This document shows, piece after piece, positions 1 through 7,628 of a stretch of 60,705 nt of DNA. The notes below the pieces were generated by a model, which was not told the DNA's origin, did not search any database, and saw only the letters and a list, made by a program, of their open reading frames with translations. Every line of letters starts with the position of its first letter. Position 1 is the first letter of the stretch. The stretch spans positions 1-60,705 of the forward strand of contig JAJRWQ010000095.1 in assembly GCA_024276735.1 (NCBI GenBank), in the 5' to 3' direction. The stretch is from Actinomycetes bacterium. GTDB taxonomy: Bacteria > Actinomycetota > Thermoleophilia > BMS3ABIN01. The translations under genes and the position numbers were made by a program.

Positions 1-1379
1 CCGCACTTGTCGCAGTAGACGATGGGTATCGGCGCCCCCCAGTACCGCTGGCGGCTCACCAGCCAGTCCCGCAGGCGGTAGCTCACCGCCGCCTTGCCCT
101 TGCCCTGCTCCTCGAGCCAGGCGGTGACCGCGCTTACCGCCTCGCTGCTGGCCATGCCGTCGAAGCGCCCGGAGTTCACCAGCGTGCCCTCCCCCTCGAA
201 CGCCGCCTCGAGCGTCGGCCCGTCGCCGGCGCCCACCGGGGAGCCGTCCTCGCGCTCACCGGAGACCACCACCCGCACCTCGATGTCGAACTTGCGGGCG
301 AACTCGAAGTCGCGCTGGTCGTGGGCCGGCACCGCCATGATGGCGCCGGTGCCGTATTCCATCAGCACGTAGTCGCTGACGTAGATGGGAATGCGCTCGC
401 CGTTCACCGGGTTTACGGCGTAGCGCCCGGTGAAGACGCCGGTCTTCTCGCGGTCGGCCACGGCCCGGTCCACCGCCGAGCGGCCGCGGGCCTCGCGGGC
501 GTACTCGGCCACCGCCTGCTCGTGCTCGGTGCCCGCCGCCAGCTTGTCCACCAGCTCGTGCTCCGGCGCCAGCAGGAAGAAGGTGGCGCCGAAGAGGGTG
601 TCCGGCCGCGTAGTGAAGACGGGAATGTCGATATCGAGCTCGTCGACGCGGAAGATCACCTCGGCGCCCTCGCTCCTGCCGATCCAGTTGCGCTGCATGG
701 TGATCACCCGCTCCGGCCACTGCTCCAGCAGCCGGAAGTCCTCCAGCAGCCGCTCGGCGTAAGCAGTGATGCGGAAGAACCACTGGGCGAGGCTGCGCGT
801 CTCCACCTCGCTGTCGCAGCGCTCACAGGCTCCCTGCACCACCTGCTCGTTGGCGAGCACCGTCTGGCAGGAAGGGCACCAGTTGACCGCCGCCTCCTTG
901 CGGTAGGCCAGGCCGCGCTCGTAGAACTTGAGGAAGAAGTACTGCGTCCACTTGTAGTACTCGGGATCGCAGGTGGCCAACTCGCGGGTCCAGTCGATGG
1001 ATACCCCCAGCGAGCGCAGCTGCTTCTCGATGTTTTCGATGTTGCGCCGGGTGAGCTCCGCCGGCGGCAGCCCGGTCTTGATGGCGGCGTTCTCCGCCGG
1101 CAGACCGAAGGCGTCGTAGCCCATGGGGTGAAATACCTTCTGCCCGTCGTGGATGCGGTAGCGGGCGATGACGTCCCCCATGGTGTAGTTCTTCACGTGC
1201 CCCATGTGCAGGGTGCCCGATGGGTAGGGCAGCATCTCCAGCACGTAGCTCTTGCGGGAACGGTCGGCGGCAGCCGGATCTTCGGGGTCGGGCACGTCGA
1301 AGGCGTGCTCCTCCTCCCAGATCTTCTGCCACTTGGCTTCTATTTCTGCCGGCTGATACTTGTCCATGGCCGGCGCCAT
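1..1379 (-). CDS. leuS: leucyl-tRNA synthetase, N-terminal ~459 codons (3' part runs off the window)
   Basis: Minus-strand translation from ATG 1379 (alternative ATG 1367) reads [27 protein letters not shown]...[25 protein letters not shown]...[26 protein letters not shown], typical of class I LeuRS. Absent from the ORF track because it is open at the window edge. Confidence 0.93.
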   Translation of the reverse strand, partial: [459 protein letters not shown]

Positions 1380-1403
1380 TATATCAGGAGAGATCGGGGG
1401 CGG

Positions 1404-1430
1404 AAAAAACGCGGCGGCCCCTCCGCCGCC
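1404..1430 (-). terminator. intrinsic-terminator-like hairpin plus U6, 25 nt upstream of the leuS start
   Basis: Minus strand reads GCGGCGG-AGGGG-CCGCCGC-G-TTTTTT: 7-bp GC stem, 5-nt loop, T6. Confidence 0.5.
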
Positions 1431-1570
1431 GGGGCCGACCTGGCCTTACTCCCCGGCCCGCGCCCGGAGCAGTCGCCGGCACCGGCCAAGCGCAGCCGGA
1501 CCGGCGACCGGCAGGAACGAGATGCCCCGCCGCGAAAAACCAGGCAACCAAGCGGCTCGGGAGGTGAACG

Positions 1571-1771
1571 ATGAGGTTACTGCTGGCGAGGATCCTGGCC
1601 TTCCTGGCCTTCGTTGCCGGGGCGGTCTCCATCCCCGTGAAGTGGTCGGGGGATGCCTTCCTGGGTGCCTGGGGCGGCGGCTGGCTGAAGGCAGCGGCGG
1701 TAGCGCTGCTGCTGGCCATCTACCTGGTGCTCGACGACCTGCGCGAGCGCTACCAGAAGGCCCACATGTGA
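1571..1771 (+). CDS. small hydrophobic membrane protein (66 aa), hypothetical
   Basis: ATG preceded by GGGAGGTGAACG (good SD). Two predicted TM stretches, GC-rich third codon positions, no competing gene on the other strand. Confidence 0.55.
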   Translation: MRLLLARILAFLAFVAGAVSIPVKWSGDAFLGAWGGGWLKAAAVALLLAIYLVLDDLRERYQKAHM

Positions 1772-1790
1772 CCGCCGCCGCCCCGCGTCC

Positions 1791-2324
1791 TCAGGCGCAG
1801 CCCCACTCCCCCTTGCGTCCCTGGGACCACATCCAGGCAGCGGCAAAGATCTGTGCCCTGCCATCGAATATGCCGGCCCCGGCGTAGGGAGTGCCGGCGA
1901 AGGTAGAGGGGTGGAACTGGAAGAGCCCCTTGTTGACGCCGTTGTCGGCGTAAGGGTTGCCGCCGCTCTCGCAGCTCATGACGCGGTAGAGCTCCGCCGG
2001 GTTCTGCCCGTACATCGCCGCTGCTTCCACCAGGTCCGGCCCCCAGCGCCCAAAGCGGCTGGTGGCCTCGGCGTCCTGGCGCTCCTTTTCCCTGCGGGCG
2101 CGGTATGCCTCCAGGCGCCGCGCGTTCAGGCTCCTCCGCCATTCTCCCTGGAGACCGTCGTCGGCGGCCGGGTTCGGGGCCGCCCCGTCAGCGCCTGCCA
2201 CGATCTCGCCCGGCGCCGCGTCGCTCTCCGCAGCCTCGGCAACCACTACCGCCGTGGCCGCCGCGGCCAGTGCCGCGGCCATCACCAGTATCATCAATAC
2301 CATCCAGCGTGCTTTCGTCATCAC
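1791..2324 (-). CDS. secreted transglycosylase-like (lysozyme-like / Rpf-type) domain protein
   Basis: N-terminal signal/TM segment (MVLMILVMAAALAAAA). C-terminal motif SCESGGNPYADNGVNKGLFQFHPSTF resembles the CESGG...GLxQF core of transglycosylase-like domains. Confidence 0.75.
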   Translation of the reverse strand: MMTKARWMVLMILVMAAALAAAATAVVVAEAAESDAAPGEIVAGADGAAPNPAADDGLQGEWRRSLNARRLEAYRARREKERQDAEATSRFGRWGPDLVEAAAMYGQNPAELYRVMSCESGGNPYADNGVNKGLFQFHPSTFAGTPYAGAGIFDGRAQIFAAAWMWSQGRKGEWGCA

Positions 2325-2602
2325 GATCCTTTCCGCCCTGCGCGTGCCCGCGTGCGCGATCGCCGTTCACGGCCGCAGGGCCTGGGTACTGCGTCCGCTC
2401 CCGCGCAACGGCAGGCACGCACGCGTGAAGACATGGGTGTGGGCTCAGAAAAAGCAGGTGAATGCGGAGTCTTCCGCGGGGGTGCAACCGAAGGTGGGTG
2501 CGTTCTTATGTTTCGGCAAACTCGAGCATTGTAGGTGATTTTCCTTTAATTGGCAAACATATTCGTGACTTTTGATACTAACTTTTTTTCCAGGAGTGGC
2601 TC

Positions 2603-2632
2603 TTGACAGCCACGGGCGGACGGTGCTATCGT
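2603..2632 (+). promoter_or_regulatory. sigma70-type promoter of the riboswitch operon
   Basis: TTGACA (2603-2608), 18-nt spacer, TGcTATCGT extended -10 (2627-2632). Confidence 0.55.
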
Positions 2633-2649
2633 GCCTGCGACAACTGAAT

Positions 2650-2780
2650 AGCTACCTGCAGGATTCCCGCAAGGGAAACAACGGGGAAGTCCGGTGTATC
2701 GTGCAAGGCACGAGAGTCCGGCGCTATGCCGTAACTGTGAGGCCATGGGCCAAGCCAGAGAACCGGCCTGCAGGCGACTT
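2650..2780 (+). promoter_or_regulatory. cobalamin (B12) riboswitch aptamer
   Basis: AAGGGAAACAACGGGGAAGTCCGG core, GCCGTAACTGT element and B12-box-like GCCAAGCCAGAGAACCGGCCTGC. P1 candidate is CCTGCAGG (2655-2662) pairing with CCTGCAGG (2767-2774). Terminators follow immediately. Confidence 0.8.
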
Positions 2781-2811
2781 TCTTTACACGAGCATGGAGG
2801 AAGAGTCAGTT

Positions 2812-2840
2812 GGCCTTTTCAGCTCGAAAAGGCCTTTTTT
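2812..2840 (+). terminator. intrinsic terminator 1 of the riboswitch expression platform
   Basis: GGCCTTTTC / GAAAAGGCC 9-bp stem, loop AGCTC, then TTTTTT. Confidence 0.8.
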
Positions 2841-2848
2841 GGGAAAAA

Positions 2849-2876
2849 GCCTCTTTCTTCAGGAAGAGGCTTTTTT
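2849..2876 (+). terminator. intrinsic terminator 2 of the riboswitch expression platform
   Basis: GCCTCTT / AAGAGGC 7-bp stem, 8-nt loop, then TTTTTT. It ends 12 nt before the first ATG of the operon. Confidence 0.75.
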
Positions 2877-2888
2877 GGTGGTGAGCAC

Positions 2889-3629
2889 ATGAACAGTGGC
2901 AGGCCCGCAGGCTTCTTGAGGCGCAACCGCGTGCAGCTGCTGGTGCTGGCGGTGGCGCTCTCGATGGCGCTGGTTAGCGGCGCCGTCTACTTCGGTTCCA
3001 GCGCCGGCGGCTTCGACCAGGCGGGCCCCGCCGGCAACGGCCAACTGGATGCCGAAGGCTACACGCTGACCACGGCGGATGCCGCCCCGGACACGTACAC
3101 CGGCACCGGGGACGCTGCCCGTACAGCCGGTGACGGGCAGCCACGGTCAGGCGCCGGGGAACCGGGAGCCGACCCCGGCACCAGCTCTCCGGAAGCAGCG
3201 GCAGGGAGCAGCCCGGGCGATTACGCCGCCCCCTCCTCATCCCCCGCTCCGGGGACAGCAGGCGGCGGGACCACGCCGCCACCCGCGGGGTCAGTAGCCC
3301 CGGGCGGTGGCGCTCCCCAGGGCCTGCCGGTGACGCTGGTGATCGATAGCGGCGCCCGCAGGCTGGAATACTCGTTGCGCGTCGACGAGGGCTCCACCGT
3401 CTTCGACCTGCTGCTCGAAGCCAGCGGCAGGTACGGCTTCAGCTTCGACTACAGCAACAACTCCTCCTACGGCGCCTTCGTGGAGGAGCTGGACGGCGTC
3501 CGCAACGATCCCCGCGCGGGGATGTTCTGGCTCTACTACGTGAACGGCAACTATGCCTCCCTGGGGGCATCCAGTCAAATCCTATCGGAAGGAGACGTAA
3601 TCCTATGGCGTTACCAGTCGACTCGTTGA
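2889..3629 (+). CDS. membrane-anchored DUF4430 (transcobalamin beta-domain-like) protein
   Basis: ATG 2889 preceded by GGTGGTGAG. The longer track ORF from 2694 would overlap the riboswitch and terminators. N-terminal TM (LLVLAVALSMALVSGAVYF), a Pro/Gly/Ala-rich linker, and a C-terminal domain ending ...GAFVEELDGVRNDPRAGMFWLYYVNGNYASLGASSQILSEGDVILWRYQ, typical of DUF4430. Confidence 0.8.
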   Translation: MNSGRPAGFLRRNRVQLLVLAVALSMALVSGAVYFGSSAGGFDQAGPAGNGQLDAEGYTLTTADAAPDTYTGTGDAARTAGDGQPRSGAGEPGADPGTSSPEAAAGSSPGDYAAPSSSPAPGTAGGGTTPPPAGSVAPGGGAPQGLPVTLVIDSGARRLEYSLRVDEGSTVFDLLLEASGRYGFSFDYSNNSSYGAFVEELDGVRNDPRAGMFWLYYVNGNYASLGASSQILSEGDVILWRYQSTR

Positions 3630-5581
3630 GGCCGCCCCGGAGGAAAAGCCTCCCGGTGGCGACCCTGGTCATGATTTCTTTCCTGCTGGCGGCGGCATGC
3701 CTGGCGTTGCTGCCGCACCCGGCGGCGGCGGCACCGTCGTCGGTGGAAGTGCGTATCGAGGCCCCGTCCGGCAGCGTCTGGGACGGCCAGGTGCAGGTGG
3801 ATGGCTGCACCATCACCGACTCCGGCGGCGGCACCCACGTGCTCAGCGGCAGCAAGGCCGCCTGCGCCCTCGCGGCGGCGGCGGCCCAGGGGGGCTTCAC
3901 CTACAGCTTCGCCGACTACGGCTGGGGGCTCTACCTCACCGAGGTGGCGGGCATCACCAGCGACGCCAGCAACTACTGGCTCTACCGCGTGAACTATGTC
4001 TCGCCGCCGGTGGGCCTGGCGGACTACGACCTGGCCGACGGCGACCAAATGCTGCTTTACTTCGGGCCCTGGCCCGACATCCCGCTGGGCGTCGACCTCT
4101 CCGCCGCCAGCGTGGAGGCAGGGCAGCAGTTCACCATCACCAGCACTTACTACGATGACAACCAGGGCACCATCGTGCCGCTGGCAAACGCCCAGGTGCA
4201 CCTGGGGCAGTCGGTGCTCACCACCGACGCCCAGGGCCAGCTCACCACCAGCCTGGCCACGCCCGGTGACTACCAGGTCTACATCGAGAAGAGCGGCTAC
4301 GTGAGAAGCGCGGTGAAACACCTGGTAGTGCTGAAGCCGGTTCCCGACCAGGCCAGCCTCGACCAGGCAGCCCAGGCGGCGCTGGGCTACCTGGAGGCCC
4401 AGCAGGCTACCGACGGCGCCATCGACAACGCCGGTATCAGCGCCTGGGCGGCGGTGGCCTTCAGCGCCGCCGGCGTCGATGCCTCCGGGGTCAGCAACCA
4501 GGGCGCGTCTCTGTTCGCTTTCCTCGCCGGCTACGACCCCAGCGGCGGCAGCTCCACCGACTACGCGCGGCAGATCCTGGCGGCGCTGGCCGCCGGCGGC
4601 GATCCCCGTGCCTTCGGCACCGACCTGGTGGCCGGGCTGCTGGGCTTTCACCAGGACAGCCAGGTCGGTGACACCGGCCTGATCAACGATGACATCTTCG
4701 CGGTGCTGGCGCTGCTGGGCGCCGGCGAGGACGTGAGCTCGCCGGCAGTGAGCGATGCCGTGCAGTACATACTCACCAACCAGGGCGCCGGCGGCGGCTT
4801 CGGCTACGCCGTGGGCGGCAGCGCCGACGTGGACACCACGGCGGCGGCGATCCAGGCGCTGGTGCTCGCCCGCGACGCCGGCTACCCGGACGCGGCCGGC
4901 ATCGACGCGGCGCTGGCCGCAGCCCGCGCCTGGCTGGCAAGCTCCCAGAACGCCGACGGCGGCTTTCCCTACAGCCCCGGCGGACTGTTCGGCGACTCCA
5001 ACACCGCCTCCACCTCCTGGGTGCTGCCGGCGCTGGCGGCGCTGGGCGAGGACGCCTCCACCTGGAGAACCGCCGACGGCTCCACCCCCTGGAGCTACCT
5101 GCTGGAAGCCCAGAACGCCGACGGCTCGCTGGGCTGGATGGCGTCCGGGACGGGCCAGAGCCTGATGACCGCCTACGCCGTTCCTGCTTTCCTGGGGCAG
5201 CCGCTGCCGGTGACCTACCAGCCGCCGGCCTGCTCCGGCAACACTCCCTCCCTGTCGCTCTACGAGGAGGACGTGCGCTGGAACAGCTTCGCCGACTACC
5301 AGGCGCGGCTGCTCACGGTGGACTTCAGCATCCGCAACCGGCCCCAGGGGCCGGGCGCGTACAACACGCGCGTGGTGGGCACCGACAATACCAGCGGCGT
5401 GATCACCGTCACCACCCTGCCGCTGAACCTGGGCGCCATCGATGCCGGCTCGCAGACATCGCTGACCCTGCAGTACCTGGTTCCAGACGGGGTGGCCAGT
5501 TTCCGCACCACCATCTATGCCACCGCCGAGGATGGTTGCGGTAACGGCTACCAGTACCCGCAGGCATGGCCCCATATCTGA
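3605..5581 (+). CDS. large secreted/anchored protein: N-terminal DUF4430, Ig-like/carboxypeptidase-regulatory-like module, prenyltransferase/terpene-cyclase-type alpha/alpha-toroid repeats, C-terminal Ig-like domain
   Basis: Signal/TM segment LVMISFLLAAACLALL. DUF4430-like ...NYWLYRVNYVSPPVGLADYDLADGDQMLLYFGPW. Repeated motifs TNQGAGGGFGY, SQNADGGFPYSPG and AQNADGSLGW are typical of the alpha/alpha toroid. Exact start uncertain (ATG 3605 overlaps the upstream gene by 25 nt). Confidence 0.8.
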   Translation: MALPVDSLRPPRRKSLPVATLVMISFLLAAACLALLPHPAAAAPSSVEVRIEAPSGSVWDGQVQVDGCTITDSGGGTHVLSGSKAACALAAAAAQGGFTYSFADYGWGLYLTEVAGITSDASNYWLYRVNYVSPPVGLADYDLADGDQMLLYFGPWPDIPLGVDLSAASVEAGQQFTITSTYYDDNQGTIVPLANAQVHLGQSVLTTDAQGQLTTSLATPGDYQVYIEKSGYVRSAVKHLVVLKPVPDQASLDQAAQAALGYLEAQQATDGAIDNAGISAWAAVAFSAAGVDASGVSNQGASLFAFLAGYDPSGGSSTDYARQILAALAAGGDPRAFGTDLVAGLLGFHQDSQVGDTGLINDDIFAVLALLGAGEDVSSPAVSDAVQYILTNQGAGGGFGYAVGGSADVDTTAAAIQALVLARDAGYPDAAGIDAALAAARAWLASSQNADGGFPYSPGGLFGDSNTASTSWVLPALAALGEDASTWRTADGSTPWSYLLEAQNADGSLGWMASGTGQSLMTAYAVPAFLGQPLPVTYQPPACSGNTPSLSLYEEDVRWNSFADYQARLLTVDFSIRNRPQGPGAYNTRVVGTDNTSGVITVTTLPLNLGAIDAGSQTSLTLQYLVPDGVASFRTTIYATAEDGCGNGYQYPQAWPHI

Positions 5582-5850
5582 CAGCCCTCGCAGTCCTGCT
5601 TGCGGTAGCGGCGCTGCTGGCGGCAACGTCGCCGGCCCCGGTGGCGGCCGCCGGGGGCGGTCCCGTCGCCGCTGCCGGCAACATGCAGGCGGGCCTGGAC
5701 AGCGGGAGCAACAGCACGGTGACCCTGAACGGCAGCGACCGCCTGTTCGCGCTGGCGATATTCGTGGTTTCCCTGGCGGCCGCCGCCGCGGCAGTAGCCT
5801 CGATGATCACCCGCCGGCAACGGCGGACGACGGAAAGGAGGGATGAGTAG
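5566..5850 (+). CDS. small secreted protein with C-terminal TM anchor and basic tail (94 aa), hypothetical
   Basis: Signal peptide LTALAVLLAVAALLAATSPAPVAAA, C-terminal FALAIFVVSLAAAAAAVASMITRRQRR. Overlaps the previous gene by 16 nt. No LPXTG motif seen. Confidence 0.55.
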   Translation: MAPYLTALAVLLAVAALLAATSPAPVAAAGGGPVAAAGNMQAGLDSGSNSTVTLNGSDRLFALAIFVVSLAAAAAAVASMITRRQRRTTERRDE

Positions 5851-5908
5851 CGCCGAAGCCCGCGGAGACCCTGACCAAGAGCCTTGTACACCGAGAACGG
5901 GAGGTAAC

Positions 5909-6430
5909 ATGGAATACCTATTGATACTACTTGGAGTGGTACTGCGGTTCCTGCCGCACCCGGCCAACTTCGCCCCCATCGCGGCGATCGGCCTCTTCAG
6001 CGGCTGCTACCTGCGGCGGCGCTTCGCCTTCATCCTGCCGCTGGCGGCGATGCTCATCAGCGATATCTTCATCGGCTTCTATTCCTGGCAGGTGATGGTC
6101 TCCGTCTACCTGAGCTTCGCCCTGGTGGGGCTGATCGGCATCTGGCTCAAGGATCACAAGAGCTTCACCACGGTGGCCGGCGGCACCCTGCTGGGCTCGG
6201 TGATCTTCTTCCTGGTGACCAACTTCGCCGTCTGGGCCTTCTGGCCCATGTACCCCCACACCTGGGCGGGCCTGGTCGCCTGCTACGCGGCGGCGATCCC
6301 CTTCTTCAAGAACACGCTGATGGGGAACTTCTTCTACGTGGGCGTGCTCTTCGGCTCCTACGAGCTGGTGCGCCTCTGGCTGCGGCGGCGCCAGGAGCGC
6401 CGGGCACTCGCCGGCGGCACCGCGCATTGA
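5909..6430 (+). CDS. polytopic membrane protein (5-6 TM), candidate vitamin/B12 permease component (DUF6580-like)
   Basis: ATG 5909 preceded by GGGAGGTAAC. MEYLLILLGVVLRFLPHPANFAPIAAIGLFSG... is strongly hydrophobic throughout. Last gene of the riboswitch operon. Confidence 0.75.
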   Translation: MEYLLILLGVVLRFLPHPANFAPIAAIGLFSGCYLRRRFAFILPLAAMLISDIFIGFYSWQVMVSVYLSFALVGLIGIWLKDHKSFTTVAGGTLLGSVIFFLVTNFAVWAFWPMYPHTWAGLVACYAAAIPFFKNTLMGNFFYVGVLFGSYELVRLWLRRRQERRALAGGTAH

Positions 6431-6466
6431 GAGAGCCAGCGTCCTTAGTATCCCGGAAAGGAAAAA

Positions 6467-6506
6467 CCCCCGCTGGGCGAAACGGCCCGGCGGGGGTTTC
6501 GTTTCT
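6467..6506 (+). terminator. intrinsic terminator of the B12 operon
   Basis: CCCCCGCTGGGC / GCCCGGCGGGGG 12-bp stem (one G-U), loop GAAACG, then TTTCGTTTCTC. Preceded by A5. Confidence 0.8.
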
Positions 6507-6537
6507 CGGCCGGCAACCAGCAATCACGGCGAAGCAA

Positions 6538-6566
6538 TTGACATGGACTTCGCAACCGGCTAGATC
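6538..6566 (+). promoter_or_regulatory. promoter of the RHH-PIN toxin-antitoxin operon
   Basis: TTGACA (6538-6543), 17-nt spacer, TAGATC (6561-6566). Confidence 0.55.
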
Positions 6567-6569
6567 ATG

Positions 6570-6598
6570 GTTATTACTCAGTACGACCGAGTAATAAC
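6570..6598 (+). promoter_or_regulatory. perfect 10-bp inverted repeat, candidate antitoxin operator
   Basis: GTTATTACTC-9 nt-GAGTAATAAC, starting 4 nt downstream of the -10 element. Confidence 0.6.
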
Positions 6599-6615
6599 AT
6601 AGATCCAGACGAGAG

Positions 6616-6876
6616 GTGATCAGGTTGGGAAGGACCACCAAGACGATTTACGTCTCCCTCCCCCCGGAGATGATCGAGGAGATCGAGAGACTGGCCAAGG
6701 CCGAAAAGAAAAGCAAGAGCCAGCTCTTTCGGGACGCGTTTTCCGTCTACGCGGAAGTGCAAAGGGAAAGACGCTGGCAGAGTGCCAGGCGCGCCGGTGC
6801 CAGGGCGGCAAGCAGGCTGAAGGTAACCTCGGAGGCAGACATCGACCGGCTGATACACGAGGCAAGGGGTGTATAG
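6616..6876 (+). CDS. ribbon-helix-helix (CopG/MetJ-type) antitoxin
   Basis: TKTIYVSLPPEMIEEIERLAKAEKKSKSQLFRDAF is a classic RHH N-terminus. The likely true start is TTG 6625 (SD GAGAGGTGA, 5-nt spacing). Overlaps the PIN gene by 8 nt. Confidence 0.8.
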   Translation: MIRLGRTTKTIYVSLPPEMIEEIERLAKAEKKSKSQLFRDAFSVYAEVQRERRWQSARRAGARAASRLKVTSEADIDRLIHEARGV

Positions 6877-7285
6877 GGCCGTACTCGATACCAATGCCTA
6901 CGTCTCCGCGGTGATATTTGGCGGCAAGCCGGAAACCCTTTTTCGCCTGTCCTGGCGGCCGCACCGGCAATTCAGGCTCCATGCCTCGCACGAAATCCTG
7001 AAGGAGACCGCCAGGATCCTGGCCGGTGACGAGTTTTCCTTCTACAGGGAAGAGATCACGGCGGTGATCGCCACCATCGCCGCGGCCGCCGAGGTGGTAG
7101 AGCCCGGCGCCCAAGTATCCGTCCTCGCGGACGATCCCGACAATCGAGTTCTCGAATGCGCACTCGCCGCCAGGGCACATTTCATCGTCTCCGGCGATTC
7201 CCACCTCGTTAAACTGGGGGAATACCAGGGCGCAGAGATCGTTAAACCGGCGCGGTTCCTTGCATTGCTGGAAAAAGAACGCTGA
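6869..7285 (+). CDS. PIN-domain toxin (putative RNase) of a type II TA pair
   Basis: MYRAVLDTNAYVSAVIFGG...DPDNRVLECALAARAHFIVSGDSHL carries the conserved acidic PIN residues (D7, D/E in DDPDN, D in SGD). Confidence 0.8.
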   Translation: MYRAVLDTNAYVSAVIFGGKPETLFRLSWRPHRQFRLHASHEILKETARILAGDEFSFYREEITAVIATIAAAAEVVEPGAQVSVLADDPDNRVLECALAARAHFIVSGDSHLVKLGEYQGAEIVKPARFLALLEKER

Positions 7286-7370
7286 AGCTCGTTCAGGGGG
7301 TTAAAGTTGGGGTGAATCCGTAGGAATATACCACCAAGCCCGTGACCTGGCGGCCCACTTCAATCTCCAG

Positions 7371-7628
7371 TCACGCAGCGTGGCCTTCGACATCCCAGCC
7401 CGGGAAGACCAGGACCGCCGGATGACACTTCAGGGCTCGGGCGATCACCTTGGCCCGCTCCACTCCCAGCCTGACCCGGTTGTTTTCAATGGCGGATATA
7501 GTGGACTGGGAAATCCCCGTAAGCTTGGAAAGCTGATTCTGGCTCAAGCCCTGTAGCTATCGAATAATTCTCACGGATTCCCCTACCGTGACCTCAATTC
7601 TCTTTTTTGCCTTCTGGTAGTCCTTCAT
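7371..7628 (-). pseudogene. HigA-like XRE-HTH antitoxin interrupted by an in-frame TAG
   Basis: Minus-strand reading from ATG 7628 (ATGA overlap with the toxin stop): MKDYQKAKKRIEVTVGESVRIIR-TAG(7557-7559)-LQGLSQNQLSKLTGISQSTISAIENNRVRLGVERAKVIARALKCHPAVLVFPGWDVEGHAA-TGA (7371). The stop sits where HTH_XRE proteins have E/K/Q in helix 1. Confidence 0.75.

Noticed and set aside
1380-1570. T-box riboswitch upstream of leuS
   Set aside because: A terminator hairpin is present, but there is no T-box consensus (AGGGTGGNACCGCG-like) and no obvious specifier-loop architecture. The region is also short (190 nt) and shared with a divergent gene.
321-1574. 417-aa plus-strand ORF, along with other ORFs in 94-1887
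   Set aside because: It is antisense to the clearly recognisable leuS reading frame. The translation is Arg/Gly/Ala/His-rich low-complexity sequence typical of shadow frames in high-GC DNA.
2694-2888. Upstream extension of the DUF4430 ORF (track start 2694), and the 106-aa ORF at 2572-2892
   Set aside because: This stretch is occupied by the cobalamin riboswitch and two intrinsic terminators. ATG 2889 has its own SD, so the real CDS starts there.
3611-5626. 671-aa minus-strand ORF
   Set aside because: It is antisense to the plus-strand protein, which has recognisable DUF4430 and alpha/alpha-toroid motifs. This is a shadow ORF.
7557-7559. TAG in the HigA-like frame as a programmed pyrrolysine or recoding site
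   Set aside because: No pyl genes or PYLIS-like context are present in the window, and the position corresponds to an ordinary E/K/Q residue. A nonsense mutation or sequencing error is the simpler reading.
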